From: Diadema antillarum
Lineage: Eukaryota
Direction of reading: 5' to 3'
Assembly: GCF_040938485.1 (NCBI RefSeq)
Contig: NW_027271166.1
Span: 1-64,000, forward strand
DNA: 64,000 bases
Positions 51,222 to 63,066 of the stretch are shown here, one piece after another; the first letter of the stretch is position 1; each line of letters starts with the position of its first letter. Position numbers and translations under genes: made by a program. The notes beneath the pieces were generated by a model that worked only from the letters and a program-made list of their open reading frames with translations, was not told where the DNA came from and did not search any database.

Positions 51222-52457
51222 TGCACTTGTCAATGTAATGACGCACCCCACTACCCCCGGACATGGGTGCGTCATGGTCATTTTTTGACTGACCACACGG
51301 GGTTTTTGACGCACCCCCAAAGTCACTTTTTGACGGACCACACGGGGTTTTTGACGAACACCACAGTCACTTTTTTGACGGACAACACAGGGTTTTTGAC
51401 GAACACCTAGGTCACTTTCTTGACGGACATCCTCGGTACATTTGACGCACCCCGTAAATACTGAAAGGATTTTTGCATACGCTTTATTCACGCAATTTCA
51501 TTTTCTTTCGGTTCGTAAACACAATTTGTCAAAGTTTCGGCAAGTTTCCCTTACCCTGGCCCTGTAAGCACCGTACCGTCATTCACCGTACATCACTCTG
51601 CTGCTACGATATTCCGAATGTATGTGCATGCAATCCATAGTCACCTGGCCATGACTTGTCTGCAGATGCGCTGTATGTGCGCGGCCATTTCTAGTCCGGT
51701 TGAATGCAACACATGGACGATGTACGTTCGATGAGGAATAACGAGCACGCTGCTCACTTGCGAATTGCACAGCGTTAGCTAGCGAGTCGCGCACCACTAA
51801 CACTCGACTTGCCTGCTACTATACTGCAGGTACGCGCAGTACGCACCACGCAACGGTATACCAAAGATCGTATACGGAATTCCGTATACGATCTTTGATT
51901 TTACTATTTAGTACTGTGAGGTTGAAATCATTATATCGCTAAACAGTCCGTCTGGCTTGAGATTGAGTATGCGTGATTTCATGAGTTTGTTGGAAAGAAA
52001 ATGTGAGGAGAAAGGGTGGCTTTTAAATCATTTGCTTGCCAGATTCGGGCAAGCATTTTTCCCTCTCAGGCCTACTCCAAAACGCTTCCCGACTTTGATT
52101 TTCACTTGCCGCGGGAAAGCGCTCACTGTAAATTCACTCGCGGTACGTACGTGTATCCGGTACTGGTAGCGTGCAAAAATGCGTGCAGTTTTCCATAGCC
52201 AAGTGCATACCATGACGCACCCCTCGGTTCAGAATAATGCGTGTTATTTTCCATAGCCAAGTGACGTACCATGACGCACCCCTCGGTCAAAAATTTGACG
52301 ACAATGATGGGATTTTGATGCACCTCTCGGTCAAAAATTTGACGGACATAGCTGGTAAAATGACGCACACCTGGGTCACAAATTTGACGGACCAAACGAG
52401 GAAATGACGCACCCATGTCCGGGGGTAGTGGGGTGAGTCATTACATTGACAAGTGCA
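51222..52457. mobile_element. Non-autonomous element with 54-bp TIR and TGACG subterminal arrays, in MRTO4 intron 1
   Basis: TIR TGCACTTGTCAATGTAATGAC(G/T)CACCCCACTACCCCCGGACATGGGTGCGTCAT. TTA direct repeat at 51219-51221 and 52458-52460. Confidence 0.9.
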
Positions 52458-52951
52458 TTATGCACTGCTAGCAGATAAGTAAATCATTAGAAAGAGGCAA
52501 TGGCCCTTTTTTTTAATGTGGTTGACATTTGTATGGCAAGTATGAATAAAAACGTTCACTTTTGTCAAAAATACCAAAATACAAATTACAATGTACTGAC
52601 TTTGTACTTTTGTAACAAAAGAACACTTAATCCCATTCTTCAGGGAATGATGTGTAGTGTGTTACCATTTGACAGAAGTCATTATCATGCGTCATTGATG
52701 ATTAGTTCTGTCATTTGAAATTGAGTTCTTACTAAATCCATGTCAGTGGAAAGCTGATGTTCAGTTTCCAAATTCATGTAGAAGGGAGAGTTCTTTGTAC
52801 ATATACCTTTCATGTGTGACTGCTATAGCCATAAAGGGACACTTTCTATGAGGGAAAATCAAAAACCATGCAACAGTAGCATCAAATCATATCCTTTTTT
52901 TCTGTGGTGTTTACTAATTTTTCTTTTCATGTGTAATTTCTTTTGTTTTAG

Positions 52952-53010
52952 TTTCATTAACAAGAACAAAGAAGAAGGGGCTGGAGACCAAGCAGAGCCT
53001 TATAGAAGAG
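52952..53010 (+). CDS. MRTO4: MRTO4 exon 2 (ISLTRTKKKGLETKQSLIEE)
   Basis: TTTTAG acceptor, GAG|GTAAC donor, phase 1 to 0. Confidence 0.95.
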
Positions 53011-53427
53011 GTAACTTTGATTTTGAATGTGCTCTGATTGTTGTTACATCACTTTCTGTTTCATGTCATTTCTTATTATAGAATGGGTAGCGAGAATCCT
53101 GCGATCTGATTGGTCGAGAGCTATGTGTTGATTTTTACTGGCCGCACGCTGAGTCACAGTGGTAAACATGTTATCGCGCACTTAGCAAGAGTACGCATAC
53201 TTGTAACAAAGGTTCGCGCACTAAAGCAAGCGTTCGCGCACTCAGCTTGGCAATGCGTCCAGCAAAAACTGATGCATGGCTGGCCATGCATCCAGTAAAA
53301 ACGGTAAGCACGGGTATGCATGCCCGTTACGGCAAGCCAAAAGGGAATGCATCTAGTAATTTTGTCATCGGGTAACACGATAGAAAAATGGGTTTTTGAC
53401 AAGAAAATTACCCATTATATAAATCAG

Positions 53428-53586
53428 ATGACGCACATGTCTTTTTGTGCGTCAGTCGGAATATAGTGTGCATGCGGTAACTATGGAATTTAGCCTAAAC
53501 CCACTCGGCTTCGCCTCGTGGGTTAAGCATTCCATAGTTACCTTATGCACACAATTCCGACTGACGCACTCAGACCTGTGCGTCAT
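53428..53586. repeat. Nested-hairpin imperfect palindrome with ACTCGGCTTCGCCTCGT centre (unclassified non-autonomous element)
   Basis: Arm pairs ATGACGCACA.GTCT, GTGCGTCAGTCGGAAT, GTGTGCAT, GGTAACTATGGAAT and AACCCAC. Confidence 0.75.
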
Positions 53587-54324
53587 TTGTAAACTGGTGG
53601 TGATGAAAAAACTACATGTATATAGGCCTATATTTTGCAGCTGTGCTGTGTGGTGTTGTAAATGACTACCAGTATTTAGTATGAGAAATAGTGTAAGAAT
53701 GACATCAGTGGGGGGAATCAAAATGATTATAGTAAAAACACTTATACTAACTAAAGATGCAATGTTGCACTCAGGAACGCATGTAGTTGTTGTGCCTTTA
53801 ATAATGCTTACTGGATGATTGTTTAGGTGCTAAATGTTACCTTTACAACAGTCAAATCATGTAAGATACGGTATGAGAATATTCAAGATCAAGCACTTGA
53901 AGTTTGATGATTGATTTTGCAATCAATTCTGTCATTTCATTTTGGAAAAGATCTCAAGACTGAATGAAATTACCTGAGTAATTTCCCACAAACTAACCAG
54001 TAGATGATAAGTCCTTATATGAAACATGTTTCTCCATTGCTTTCTCTATCTTTATCTTCCAGAAGATAAATATAATCTGTTCATAACATTGAAGGAATTC
54101 CCACTACGAAACATGTATGGTACTCTTCATCTGCATGATTATCTTCATGTTTCATTTGATCTGTGTATCTTATCTATAGATGAGGAGTAAATTGATAAAC
54201 ATTGTAATGAAATTGCAACAGATTTTGATTATCTTGTTTGATGTATATACATGAAAATCAGTCACTGCATGTGCATATATTTATCTAAATAATTGAACAA
54301 TTGATGTATTCATTTATTTTTCAG

Positions 54325-54428
54325 ATCAGGGATTGTGTCGACAAATATGCCAGGATCTTTGTGTTTTCAGTAGAAAACATGAGGAATAGCAAAATCAAAG
54401 ATGTAAGGAACAGCTGGAAACACAGCAG
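54325..54428 (+). CDS. MRTO4: MRTO4 exon 3
   Basis: IRDCVDKYARIFVFSVENMRNSKIKDVRNSWKHS; TTCAG / GTATGT; phase 0 to 2. Confidence 0.97.
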
Positions 54429-55758
54429 GTATGTAATGAGCGAAGCAACCAACAATGCCTACACATAGTAGTTGTTGTTGTGGTAACCCCGGCGCGGGGC
54501 GCTGTGACCAGTAACAGCGCCACGAAGACTTCATATGCAATTTAGTGAGGTAATCAAGTGCACTGCGATGCTTGCAATTCAGTAAACAACTCATCGTTCA
54601 AAACGACATTTGGATTCACAACGAAAAGCCACATGTTGTAATAACATATTGTTGAATATTATAGGCAACTATGTATCACTCACCATTACCTCCAAAAACA
54701 AGATTAATCGTCATCATCTTTGAGACAATCTCCGCGAGATGTGAATCGCCATTTTGAACATATCACGTAAATAAAATGATCTGCGCATGCGCAAATGAAT
54801 ATTCATTTCAGTTCTCAGCAAGCCGTCCTGTTTTTTTTTTTCACCAACAAACATTGTGTATTATAACATGTGCTACGTTTTATCCATACCCGATCGACGG
54901 CAAGGCTGTTAGCGCATGCGCTGTGTAAGTTGTACTACGATACGAAGTGCAGAAAGACTAAAACCTCGAATAAAATCTTTCACTGGGCTATTAAAACAGA
55001 TCGTATTGTAAATTGATTTCGGCGGCTCTTATTGTAAGTATCTTATCTAACAGTACGGCTATTATTTTCAGTGTAAAACCATGTATTTTGGTCTCTGGTC
55101 ACCAAAATGCTAAGCCATATCAGGCTTTTCTTCGATAGCCGTAGGGCTGCCATGCGACCCCGACTCGGTACGGGTTGGGGTCACTGGTGCGGTTATTGTT
55201 GTGGTATCATGATTATGTGAGCACTTGGCTTGTCATACTCTGTTCTTTCCTATCACACTGCTCCTACCCTGTGATCTGCTGATACTACCATACTCACTGC
55301 TTGCACGGACCTACAGATCCACACTGGCTCTACTCGCCAATTGATCATAGTACTACACAACTGTTGGGTTCAACTCTGTTCATTTAGGTGGTATCCGCCC
55401 CAAACAATTCCACCTTACAGTGGAAATGAGTTTACAAGGAACTTATTCCAGAAGCATTCTCATGAATTGTACAGATAATGAGATTGTAGCCAATGTACAC
55501 CAATTCGGTTTCGATGACCTGTACCCCTTGCACTGCTAGTGGTGTTATATCGGTTGCTGTGGCTGGGGACTAATGGTGAACAATCTGTGGTGTTACTGTA
55601 GGATTTCATACTGGCAGTTTTAAAGAAAAAAAAAAGAATTCTTTATATCAAGGAAAGAATGATAGTGCGTAATCAACTTCTCTGACGTTGAGATATTTGT
55701 CCTAGCTTATATTATGTCGTATCTTTAAGATTATCATTAGATTTGTTTTTGTCTTCAG

Positions 55759-55908
55759 ATTTTTCTTTGGCAAGAACAAAGTGATGATGGTAGCCTTGGG
55801 CAAGAGTTCGCAGGACGAATACCGGGACAATCTTCACAGAATCAGCAGGAAGCTGCTGGGCAACGTGGGATTGCTCTTCACCAACCAGACGAAAGACGAG
55901 GTCGTAAG
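55759..55908 (+). CDS. MRTO4: MRTO4 exon 4
   Basis: [14 protein letters not shown]...GNVGLLFTN; TTCAG / GTGAG; phase 2 to 2. Confidence 0.97.
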
Positions 55909-56831
55909 GTGAGAAATATGCTTCAGCCCTCCGCATGAGGTCCCGCTATGTGGAACATGTGTGCCATATATAGCAGCTCCCTCTCCTCCCCCCTCAAAAA
56001 AAAAAAAAAAAATAGCAGAAGATCAGAAATGATTACATGAAGACTATGTAGATTGTATGTGTGTTTGGGTGCATTTAAATCGAACTTTTCTGGGTAGAAA
56101 CATGGCTTTGAAACCGTGTTTTGTGGTTTTAAGTTTGCCATAAATGGTAGTCGTAATTACAAACACGGTTTTGAAACATGGTATTGAAATGCACTGTGGA
56201 GGTGCAATTCAAAACACTAGAAGCAAGGTTTTGAAAGTCTTAAACGCAACTGTGATTTTAAACACAGCTTATATTGTGTCATAGTTGCGCGCTCCCTGTT
56301 TGACCAATCAAACTGCCACGGGACAAACTGCACATGATAAAATGCACTATGGCACAGTCTTAGATTCAGCACACCGTGCCGCCACGACACGTACACGCAC
56401 GAGCAACTCACAACCACGCACAAAAACACTGCATATCGTGCTGAAAAACCAGAAAGCAACACAACAACAACAACAAAACCAGAGTGAGCCAGAAACGCAC
56501 TCGGGATAAACTCTTATAAATGCTTCTCTGTCAGACCATGTTTCAAAACCATGTTCTGTGGTATGCAAAATCTTATGATGCAGCCTTAGCCTAACTTGGA
56601 ACCTAGTGAGAAATCTGTCTAAAGTGGTTAGGTTCTTTACCAATCAAGTCTTGGAGCAAAGTTGTAAAGCAAGCAGATGTAATGTCCACCACCATGCATA
56701 CAACCTCTTCACCAACAGGGATATGAATATTGTTCCACATAAGAATATTTGCCCCTCTTACAAACCTTCTCAGAATTCTTGTGTTTTGAACGTTTATTAT
56801 GATTGATGTATCTGAAACTTTTCACTTGTAG

Positions 56832-56983
56832 CTACTTTGAGACATATTCAGAAGCCGACTATGCACGATCTGGCAATGAGGCCACAGAGACGGTAGTGTT
56901 AGCGGAGGGCGCCCTCGAGGACTTCCAGCACTCCATGGAGCCGCAGCTTCGCCAGCTAGGTCTCCCCACAGCCCTCAGGAAAG
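56832..56983 (+). CDS. MRTO4: MRTO4 exon 5
   Basis: DYARSGN...[18 protein letters not shown]; TGTAG / GTGGGT; phase 2 to 1. Confidence 0.97.
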
Positions 56984-57066
56984 GTGGGTGTACTGTTTGG
57001 TCATAGCACGCCCCTCTCCCTTCAACATGTAGACTGCTTGTAAGACTACTGGTTGTCATCACTTAA

Positions 57067-57427
57067 AGGTCTTGTTTACCTTTGGCAGCAGTGATTTAAA
57101 ACATTTTCAAGATATGACATTTAATGCATATGTGTAGGTCTGTTGTACCACAAAACATCCAATCGTATAAAATTTTCGCAATAAAGCCTAAAATATAAGG
57201 AGATATCTGTATTTTTCTCAATACACCGTAATTGTAGATGGTTTAGTCTTGGAAACATTTTTATTATAACTATTGTTCACATTTTGTATATTGTAACAAT
57301 ACTTAACATCGATTTTACCGATTCAAATTTTTACAGTGGTTGTTTCTATTCCTAACTCACATTTTAGAACTATTTTAAAGCACTAATGCTGGGTTTTTGC
57401 TTCATCTGCAAATGGTAAATTATGCCT
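57067..57427. mobile_element. TTAA-AGG MITE (degenerate TIR)
   Basis: TTAA|AGG...TTTACC.TT.GCAG at both ends. Confidence 0.6.
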
Positions 57428-58128
57428 TTAAGTGTGTACATTGACAGCCTTTCTGTAGCATTGGCTGAGTGGTTAAAGGCATTCTTGCTCTTACTTTCAC
57501 TACTATATGCACCGTATGTTTACAGAGTCTAATTTTTCATGAATCATGACTTCCCGACAAGTACACAAGTGGTTAGATAGTGGAGTATTGTAGTGAACAC
57601 AGAAATATATGTCGCATTCTTGCATACTTGTCGGGATCACAGTTAATGTTTTCGCATGTTGTCAAATTTGCAAATAGCACCCAACTCATGAAATTTGCAA
57701 AAATAAAAACCCTGAGAAATATATGGCATATAAGGTATCACCCTTACTCATATGACAAATCATATTACCATTTCTCCTCTTCCTAGTCCCGATACAATCA
57801 CAGTTACTACCACTACAATATTTTATTTCTTCCACAGTTGTTGCAAATATTACTGCAATCACCCCTTCATAGACTACCAATCACTTTTATTGATACCACC
57901 AACAATATTTATTCTGCTGTTACTACAGCCATGACCACAAACAATGACTGCTGTCATTGATTGTAATCTAACATGAACAGTTCTTCATTTTACTGAATAG
58001 TTGGCTGACTGCATAGAATCAGTAAACAATGGTCACAAGTATTTGGAACAAAATGTATGTGGTAGCGATGGTGAGATACTGTTTGTACGTGGTGTAATGG
58101 TTGCGTGTCATTTTTTCTAATTGTACAG

Positions 58129-58205
58129 GTGTCATCCACCTCACGTGTGAACACACAGTATGCAAACTTGGAGACACACTGACACCGGAACAGGCCAGGA
58201 TATTG
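58129..58205 (+). CDS. MRTO4: MRTO4 exon 6
   Basis: GVIHLTCEHTVCKLGDTLTPEQARIL; TACAG / GTGAGT; phase 1 to 0. Confidence 0.97.
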
Positions 58206-58238
58206 GTGAGTAAACTCCAAATACCATGTGTTCATACT

Positions 58239-58433
58239 GGTGACAAGACATTTACTAGTGCGATTTTCTCCAAGGACTTAGGATTAGGGTTAGGGTGGTG
58301 GTAGGGTTTTAGGTTTAGTTTTATGTGAGGGTTAGGATTAGGATTAGGGTTGGGGTTATTCTTGTGGGTAGAATTTATGTTTGGCTTAGCGTGCAGATAT
58401 TTCATGGGAGCAATTGTCACTGGAGCAAATGTC
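58239..58433 (-). mobile_element. HINE-like element with degenerate (TTAGGG)-like interior, copy 1
   Basis: Reverse-complement similar to 60196-60407; ACATTTGCTCC-type sub-terminal IR. Confidence 0.7.
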
Positions 58434-59011
58434 AAAGAACTGTTCATACCAACTGGTAAGAATGGTGATGTGAGGATCAAAGGGATGATGGTTCAAAATC
58501 AAATTCAGTGTTGTGATAGCTATACTAATTGATGAGAAAGTAATATGAGAACTGAAATAGCAATAATATGAGTATGTGATTTTCTCCACATTGCATTACA
58601 AAGTTTCATCATTTGTTTTTTCATGTATTTTCAGACTTGATGATGAAAGTTGGACTATTCTTATGTTTGTTTCCTTAATTGCCTGTTTTACAGTGGATAA
58701 AATTGTACTTGTGAAAGGGGGAAAAATGGACATACTTCATTATTTTCTGTTTACATGGGTTACCCATCTCTCTTTAACATTGCAGCTTATCCAGCCCCAT
58801 ATTCTTGACTACAAATTGGAAAATACTATTATCAATTTAGATACTTTGAGTTTTAGGTCAGTGCTAAAATGAAAGATTTTTCACTTGCACGGAATCACAT
58901 ACAAATAAATCATGTAGATGTATGTTCATCAATTAGTTCACAGAGTACCTGGTGACTTAATTTAGTTCTAACTCTCATTATCTTTGCTTTCCCCATGCTT
59001 TCTCACATCAG

Positions 59012-59176
59012 AAACTATTTGCAAGACCCATGGCAGAGTTCCGCGTCAAGCTGGTGGCGTGTTGGTCGAACGACGGTTCGTACGAGGACTTGAAGGCAAT
59101 GGAGCCCAAGGGCAGGAGTGATGGGGATGATGATGATGACGACGATGAGGATGAAAACATAGATGATGAGGACTAA
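59012..59176 (+). CDS. MRTO4: MRTO4 exon 7 (acidic tail, stop)
   Basis: KLFARPMAEFRVKL...DDEDENIDDED*. The seven exons sum to 735 nt = 244 aa + stop. Confidence 0.95.
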   Translation, partial: KLFARPMAEFRVKLVACWSNDGSYEDLKAMEPKGRSDGDDDDDDDEDENIDDED

Positions 59177-59780
59177 GAAGCCACCAAGGGCAGGTCAGAC
59201 TCCTGTACAGACTCGTGGCTAGATGTCCACTTGTGACATTGATACAACTGGAATGATACAGAGACTGAATTCTGTCAGACATGCCGCAAGTCCACTCGCA
59301 AGATGCCTGTACTTAGCAGCCATCATCTTGTGCATTACTTCTTCTCCAGGTCTTGGAAATCCTAAGATCAGTGGTTGGTGCATTCAAGCGTTTTCTCTCA
59401 TAGAATGTTGGCGGAGACTGTGAAGTGAAGGGAAAGCTTGTTTTTGGGGGGGTTTTTGTCCTCTTCTTGTCAAGGTATGGTGGAACCTGGTTATATGAAG
59501 TCGGAGACAGCAAAACCCTCCTATGCTGAGGTGATTACACAGCTCCCAACCCATCATTATACTTTGTTTTTATTTTGTTTACCCTGATATAACAAGGTAA
59601 TTGTCATGGTTTCTAAGTCCCTGTTACGGTGAGGTTTCCCTATACATGTTGTCACAGTCCACCAGAAAGAAAGTCTTAAAAAAACAATACCAACTTCTTC
59701 GCAGTTCCGTCATCCTCGCCTATTATTTGTTATGATAATATGATGTGCTTTCGGTGTCACATGAGTTCAAAATTGTTTGG

Positions 59781-59786
59781 AATAAA
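59781..59786 (+). terminator. Probable MRTO4 polyadenylation signal
   Basis: AATAAA about 600 nt after the stop, following U-rich UTR-like sequence. Confidence 0.55.
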
Positions 59787-60195
59787 AAGATTTTGATTTG
59801 GACAAAATCAAACCTCATGTATAGGTCCAACATTGATTCAATGTTAGCATGGTTCTTATATTGAATAGAATGGTGTCAGGATATTATGGCATGCAACCCC
59901 CTGTTTTGCCTGTTTATGGGAAGTAAACTTTCCTTACAGTTTCTGCATACTTTCTTTAAGGGAATCAAAATTGTCCTATTGATCGTCTAACCCAAAACTT
60001 GTTCTCCCATCTGATGTTTCATCTTGACTCATCGCTTGAATCTGGGGATATGATTTTGTGCTAAGATGGAGATATGGCTGAAATGACACTGTTCCTGCTG
60101 TGGAGTCCACAGTGCATTTCAAAGGAGTGCAGAAAATGCAGGTTGCTTTCATTGTGGCAAATGAGAGTGATGTATTCCAGTTGTAACAGTTCCAT

Positions 60196-60407
60196 GACAT
60201 TTGCTCCTGCGGCAATTGTTCCCATAAAATATCTGCACGCCAAGCCAAACATAAACTCTACCCACAGACATTACCCCAACACTAATCCTAATCCTCACAT
60301 CAAACTTTCACTTCACCTGAACCCAAACACTAACCCTAACCCTAAACCTAAGTCCTTGGAGAAAATACGACCAGAGCAATTGTCGCAGGAGCAAATGTTG
60401 TGTCACC
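60196..60407 (+). mobile_element. HINE-like element with (CCCTAA)-like interior, copy 2
   Basis: 25-bp IR ACATTTGCTCCTGCG(G/A)CAATTG(T/C)TC with interior CCTAA/CCCTAA repeats. Confidence 0.7.
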
Positions 60408-61440
60408 AGATGTAACACAATGTCCTGTGCAAATTTCAAAGCAAATTATAGAACAAAAGAACATACATTGCATCCCGAGTTGTCCACGATAATGTTAGTC
60501 TGTGCTTTAAGGTACTTCAGTGTTGCAACCAATACAACATTTTATTCAGATAATTTTTATTCATTCCATTTTATGTTGGCATTAGAAACGACATGTTTCG
60601 AAGCCTGCTCAGGTCTTGCTTCCTGGCCATAGAAGGTAGGTCATGGCAAGGCACAGCTCATAATTTCCTCTGAATGAGAATGGAACAAGTGAAGAGCAGA
60701 CTCACCAGCCTCCCCTACCTCACCCCTCCCCCTCCCCCCCCCCCCCCCTAAAAAAAAAGAAGAGGAACAGGCAAAGAGGTGATTGATAAAAATTGGATAA
60801 AGAATTTGTATGCATTGACAAAAGGAAGTAAATATTCCTTTGTAGAGGAACTTCAAGAAAAATAATGTCCTTTGTATCTTTGTATTTGTATTATCCTACC
60901 ACATGTAGAATCAATCTTTTAAGTAACTTTTGACTACTTGGTAGATCTTTCAGACATTGCAGAATTTGCCCGAGAAAAAAAAAGAAAGTTGTCTTTATCA
61001 TCTACATCATAGATATGTTGTTAAAGGCATGAATTTAGTTTATATCAATGATGATTTCAAAAAGAAAATGGGTGTATTTGATTCAAAGAGACTCAGAGCA
61101 CTGAGTTTGTTAATGTGGAATGTAAATCTTTGCTGGAAGTGCAACACACATACCTCAATATTGGTTTACCTTGTTGTTTTCCTTTTCTTTTGTATAAGAA
61201 ACAGTTTTCTTTTTTTTTTGCCTTTTAATGTGCAAAAGTATATTGTTCTTGATGTACGAACATGAAAGACATTGAAGAAAAAAAATTAAACTGAAAATAT
61301 TCCGTTGAGGACATTTTACATGTATATAAAATAAGGAACAGGATTTGAAACATTTAATTGATTTGAATTTGAATTGAATTGAATTGAATTGGTTTATTTT
61401 TACATGACCGGCAAAGGAGCATTGAATGTTTATAAACAAG

Positions 61441-61555
61441 CAACCCCTTGTGTGGACCAGGCAAATGAGGATAAAGTGCCTTACCTAGGGCCACAACTGC
61501 TGCAGCCAGAAACATTGTAATTGATAGTCCATGGTCTTCTTTCACTGAGCTGCAT
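61441..61555 (-). mobile_element. Decayed tRNA-derived SINE
   Basis: GCAGCTCAGTG head and GTGGCCCTAGGTAAGGCACTT core, like 43261-43378. Confidence 0.45.
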
Positions 61556-62230
61556 TGGCACCACAAACATGGGAAAGGCAGCCATTTGGCAAAGCTGTTA
61601 GTATGCCAAGTAAGATCATTTCATCAACAATTTATATGGTAATGACCCTCATGCGGCTCTTTTCAGCTCCTCTGTTCACTTCCAGATCTGTTCCTCTATA
61701 TCAGCCAGTCCCATACTCGCAGACCTCCCAACCATTTTGGATTTTGGAGGAAAGATTCTGAATTTTGACAATTCCTAGCTCTTGATTCAACAGGAGTCTT
61801 GCAGTCTTGATAATTTTACTCACACACTCCTTTGGGAACTGCACTTTCTTTCCTACCTTTGAACCAAATCATCCCTATTTTCCAATTGGAAAGGTTGGGA
61901 GATCTTTATTTGTATGAGAATGACTGTGTAATGGACCTAAAATAAGTGATCTACTTCATCTCACCTTACTTACCTATCCATTTACTTTTGCCAATCTAAT
62001 GCCAGTCAGAATCAGCCCCAGCAGTTTAAAAAGTTCTTTGAACTCTGGTTGCCCCGGCAACCACTCGGAGCGCGTTTCCGCGCTTCCCTTTTGCACTCAG
62101 ACCACTCTGAAAAATATATATTTTATTGCATATCGAGTAAGATGTCATGTTGTGAAACAATGAGTTTTCTTTGTGTGGGTTACACAGAACATGTCGCGGC
62201 ACTACTGTCAGTGGAAAGAGATGCTGTGAG

Positions 62231-62402
62231 NNNNNNNNNNNNNNNNNNNNNNNNNNNNNNNNNNNNNNNNNNNNNNNNNNNNNNNNNNNNNNNNNNNNNN
62301 NNNNNNNNNNNNNNNNNNNNNNNNNNNNNNNNNNNNNNNNNNNNNNNNNNNNNNNNNNNNNNNNNNNNNNNNNNNNNNNNNNNNNNNNNNNNNNNNNNNN
62401 NN
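62231..62402. other. Assembly gap (172 N)
   Basis: N run. Confidence 1.
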
Positions 62403-62540
62403 CTGTTTGGTGTTTTAGCGAAGGATTTCTGTCAACATTGGTGTACATCTGAATACGTCATATACATCTAGTTGATTAACGACAAGATGATATGAGAGAT
62501 ATTGTACAAGGTTTATATAGCATGCTATCTCTTCCTCTCC

Positions 62541-62816
62541 NNNNNNNNNNNNNNNNNNNNNNNNNNNNNNNNNNNNNNNNNNNNNNNNNNNNNNNNNNNN
62601 NNNNNNNNNNNNNNNNNNNNNNNNNNNNNNNNNNNNNNNNNNNNNNNNNNNNNNNNNNNNNNNNNNNNNNNNNNNNNNNNNNNNNNNNNNNNNNNNNNNN
62701 NNNNNNNNNNNNNNNNNNNNNNNNNNNNNNNNNNNNNNNNNNNNNNNNNNNNNNNNNNNNNNNNNNNNNNNNNNNNNNNNNNNNNNNNNNNNNNNNNNNN
62801 NNNNNNNNNNNNNNNN
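62541..62816. other. Assembly gap (276 N)
   Basis: N run. Confidence 1.
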
Positions 62817-63019
62817 AGAAGTGAAAATGTTCTCTCTTGAAGGAGTGAGTAACAGATAAAGAGCGAGTTTAGAGTGAAATTGGAATACGAGAGATCGATC
62901 CTGACTGAAACGTATGCGGTGTCTCATTGTGAAGCATATACACGATATAATATATAACAATAATAAATATGAGGAAGAAATCAAGTTTGAGGAGGACGTT
63001 GCTCTCTACTGTTCCCTTT

Positions 63020-63057
63020 AATCGAGCTTTCGGCCTGTCGTGGCCTTCATCAGGATT
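63020..63057 (-). ncRNA. Minimal type-I hammerhead ribozyme (Penelope-associated, dimer-cleaving type)
   Basis: Minus strand reads AATC-CTGATGA-A-GGCC(ACGACA)GGCC-GAA-AGCT-C-GATT. This gives an intact core, 4-bp stems I and II, self-complementary AGCT in place of stem III, and a CUC cleavage triplet. Confidence 0.7.
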
Positions 63058-63066
63058 CTCTTGGTA

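Noticed and set aside
61975-62107. Minus-strand segment with a good acceptor and GTAAGT donor
   Set aside because: All three frames contain stops; it cannot be assigned, and the adjacent gaps prevent interpretation.
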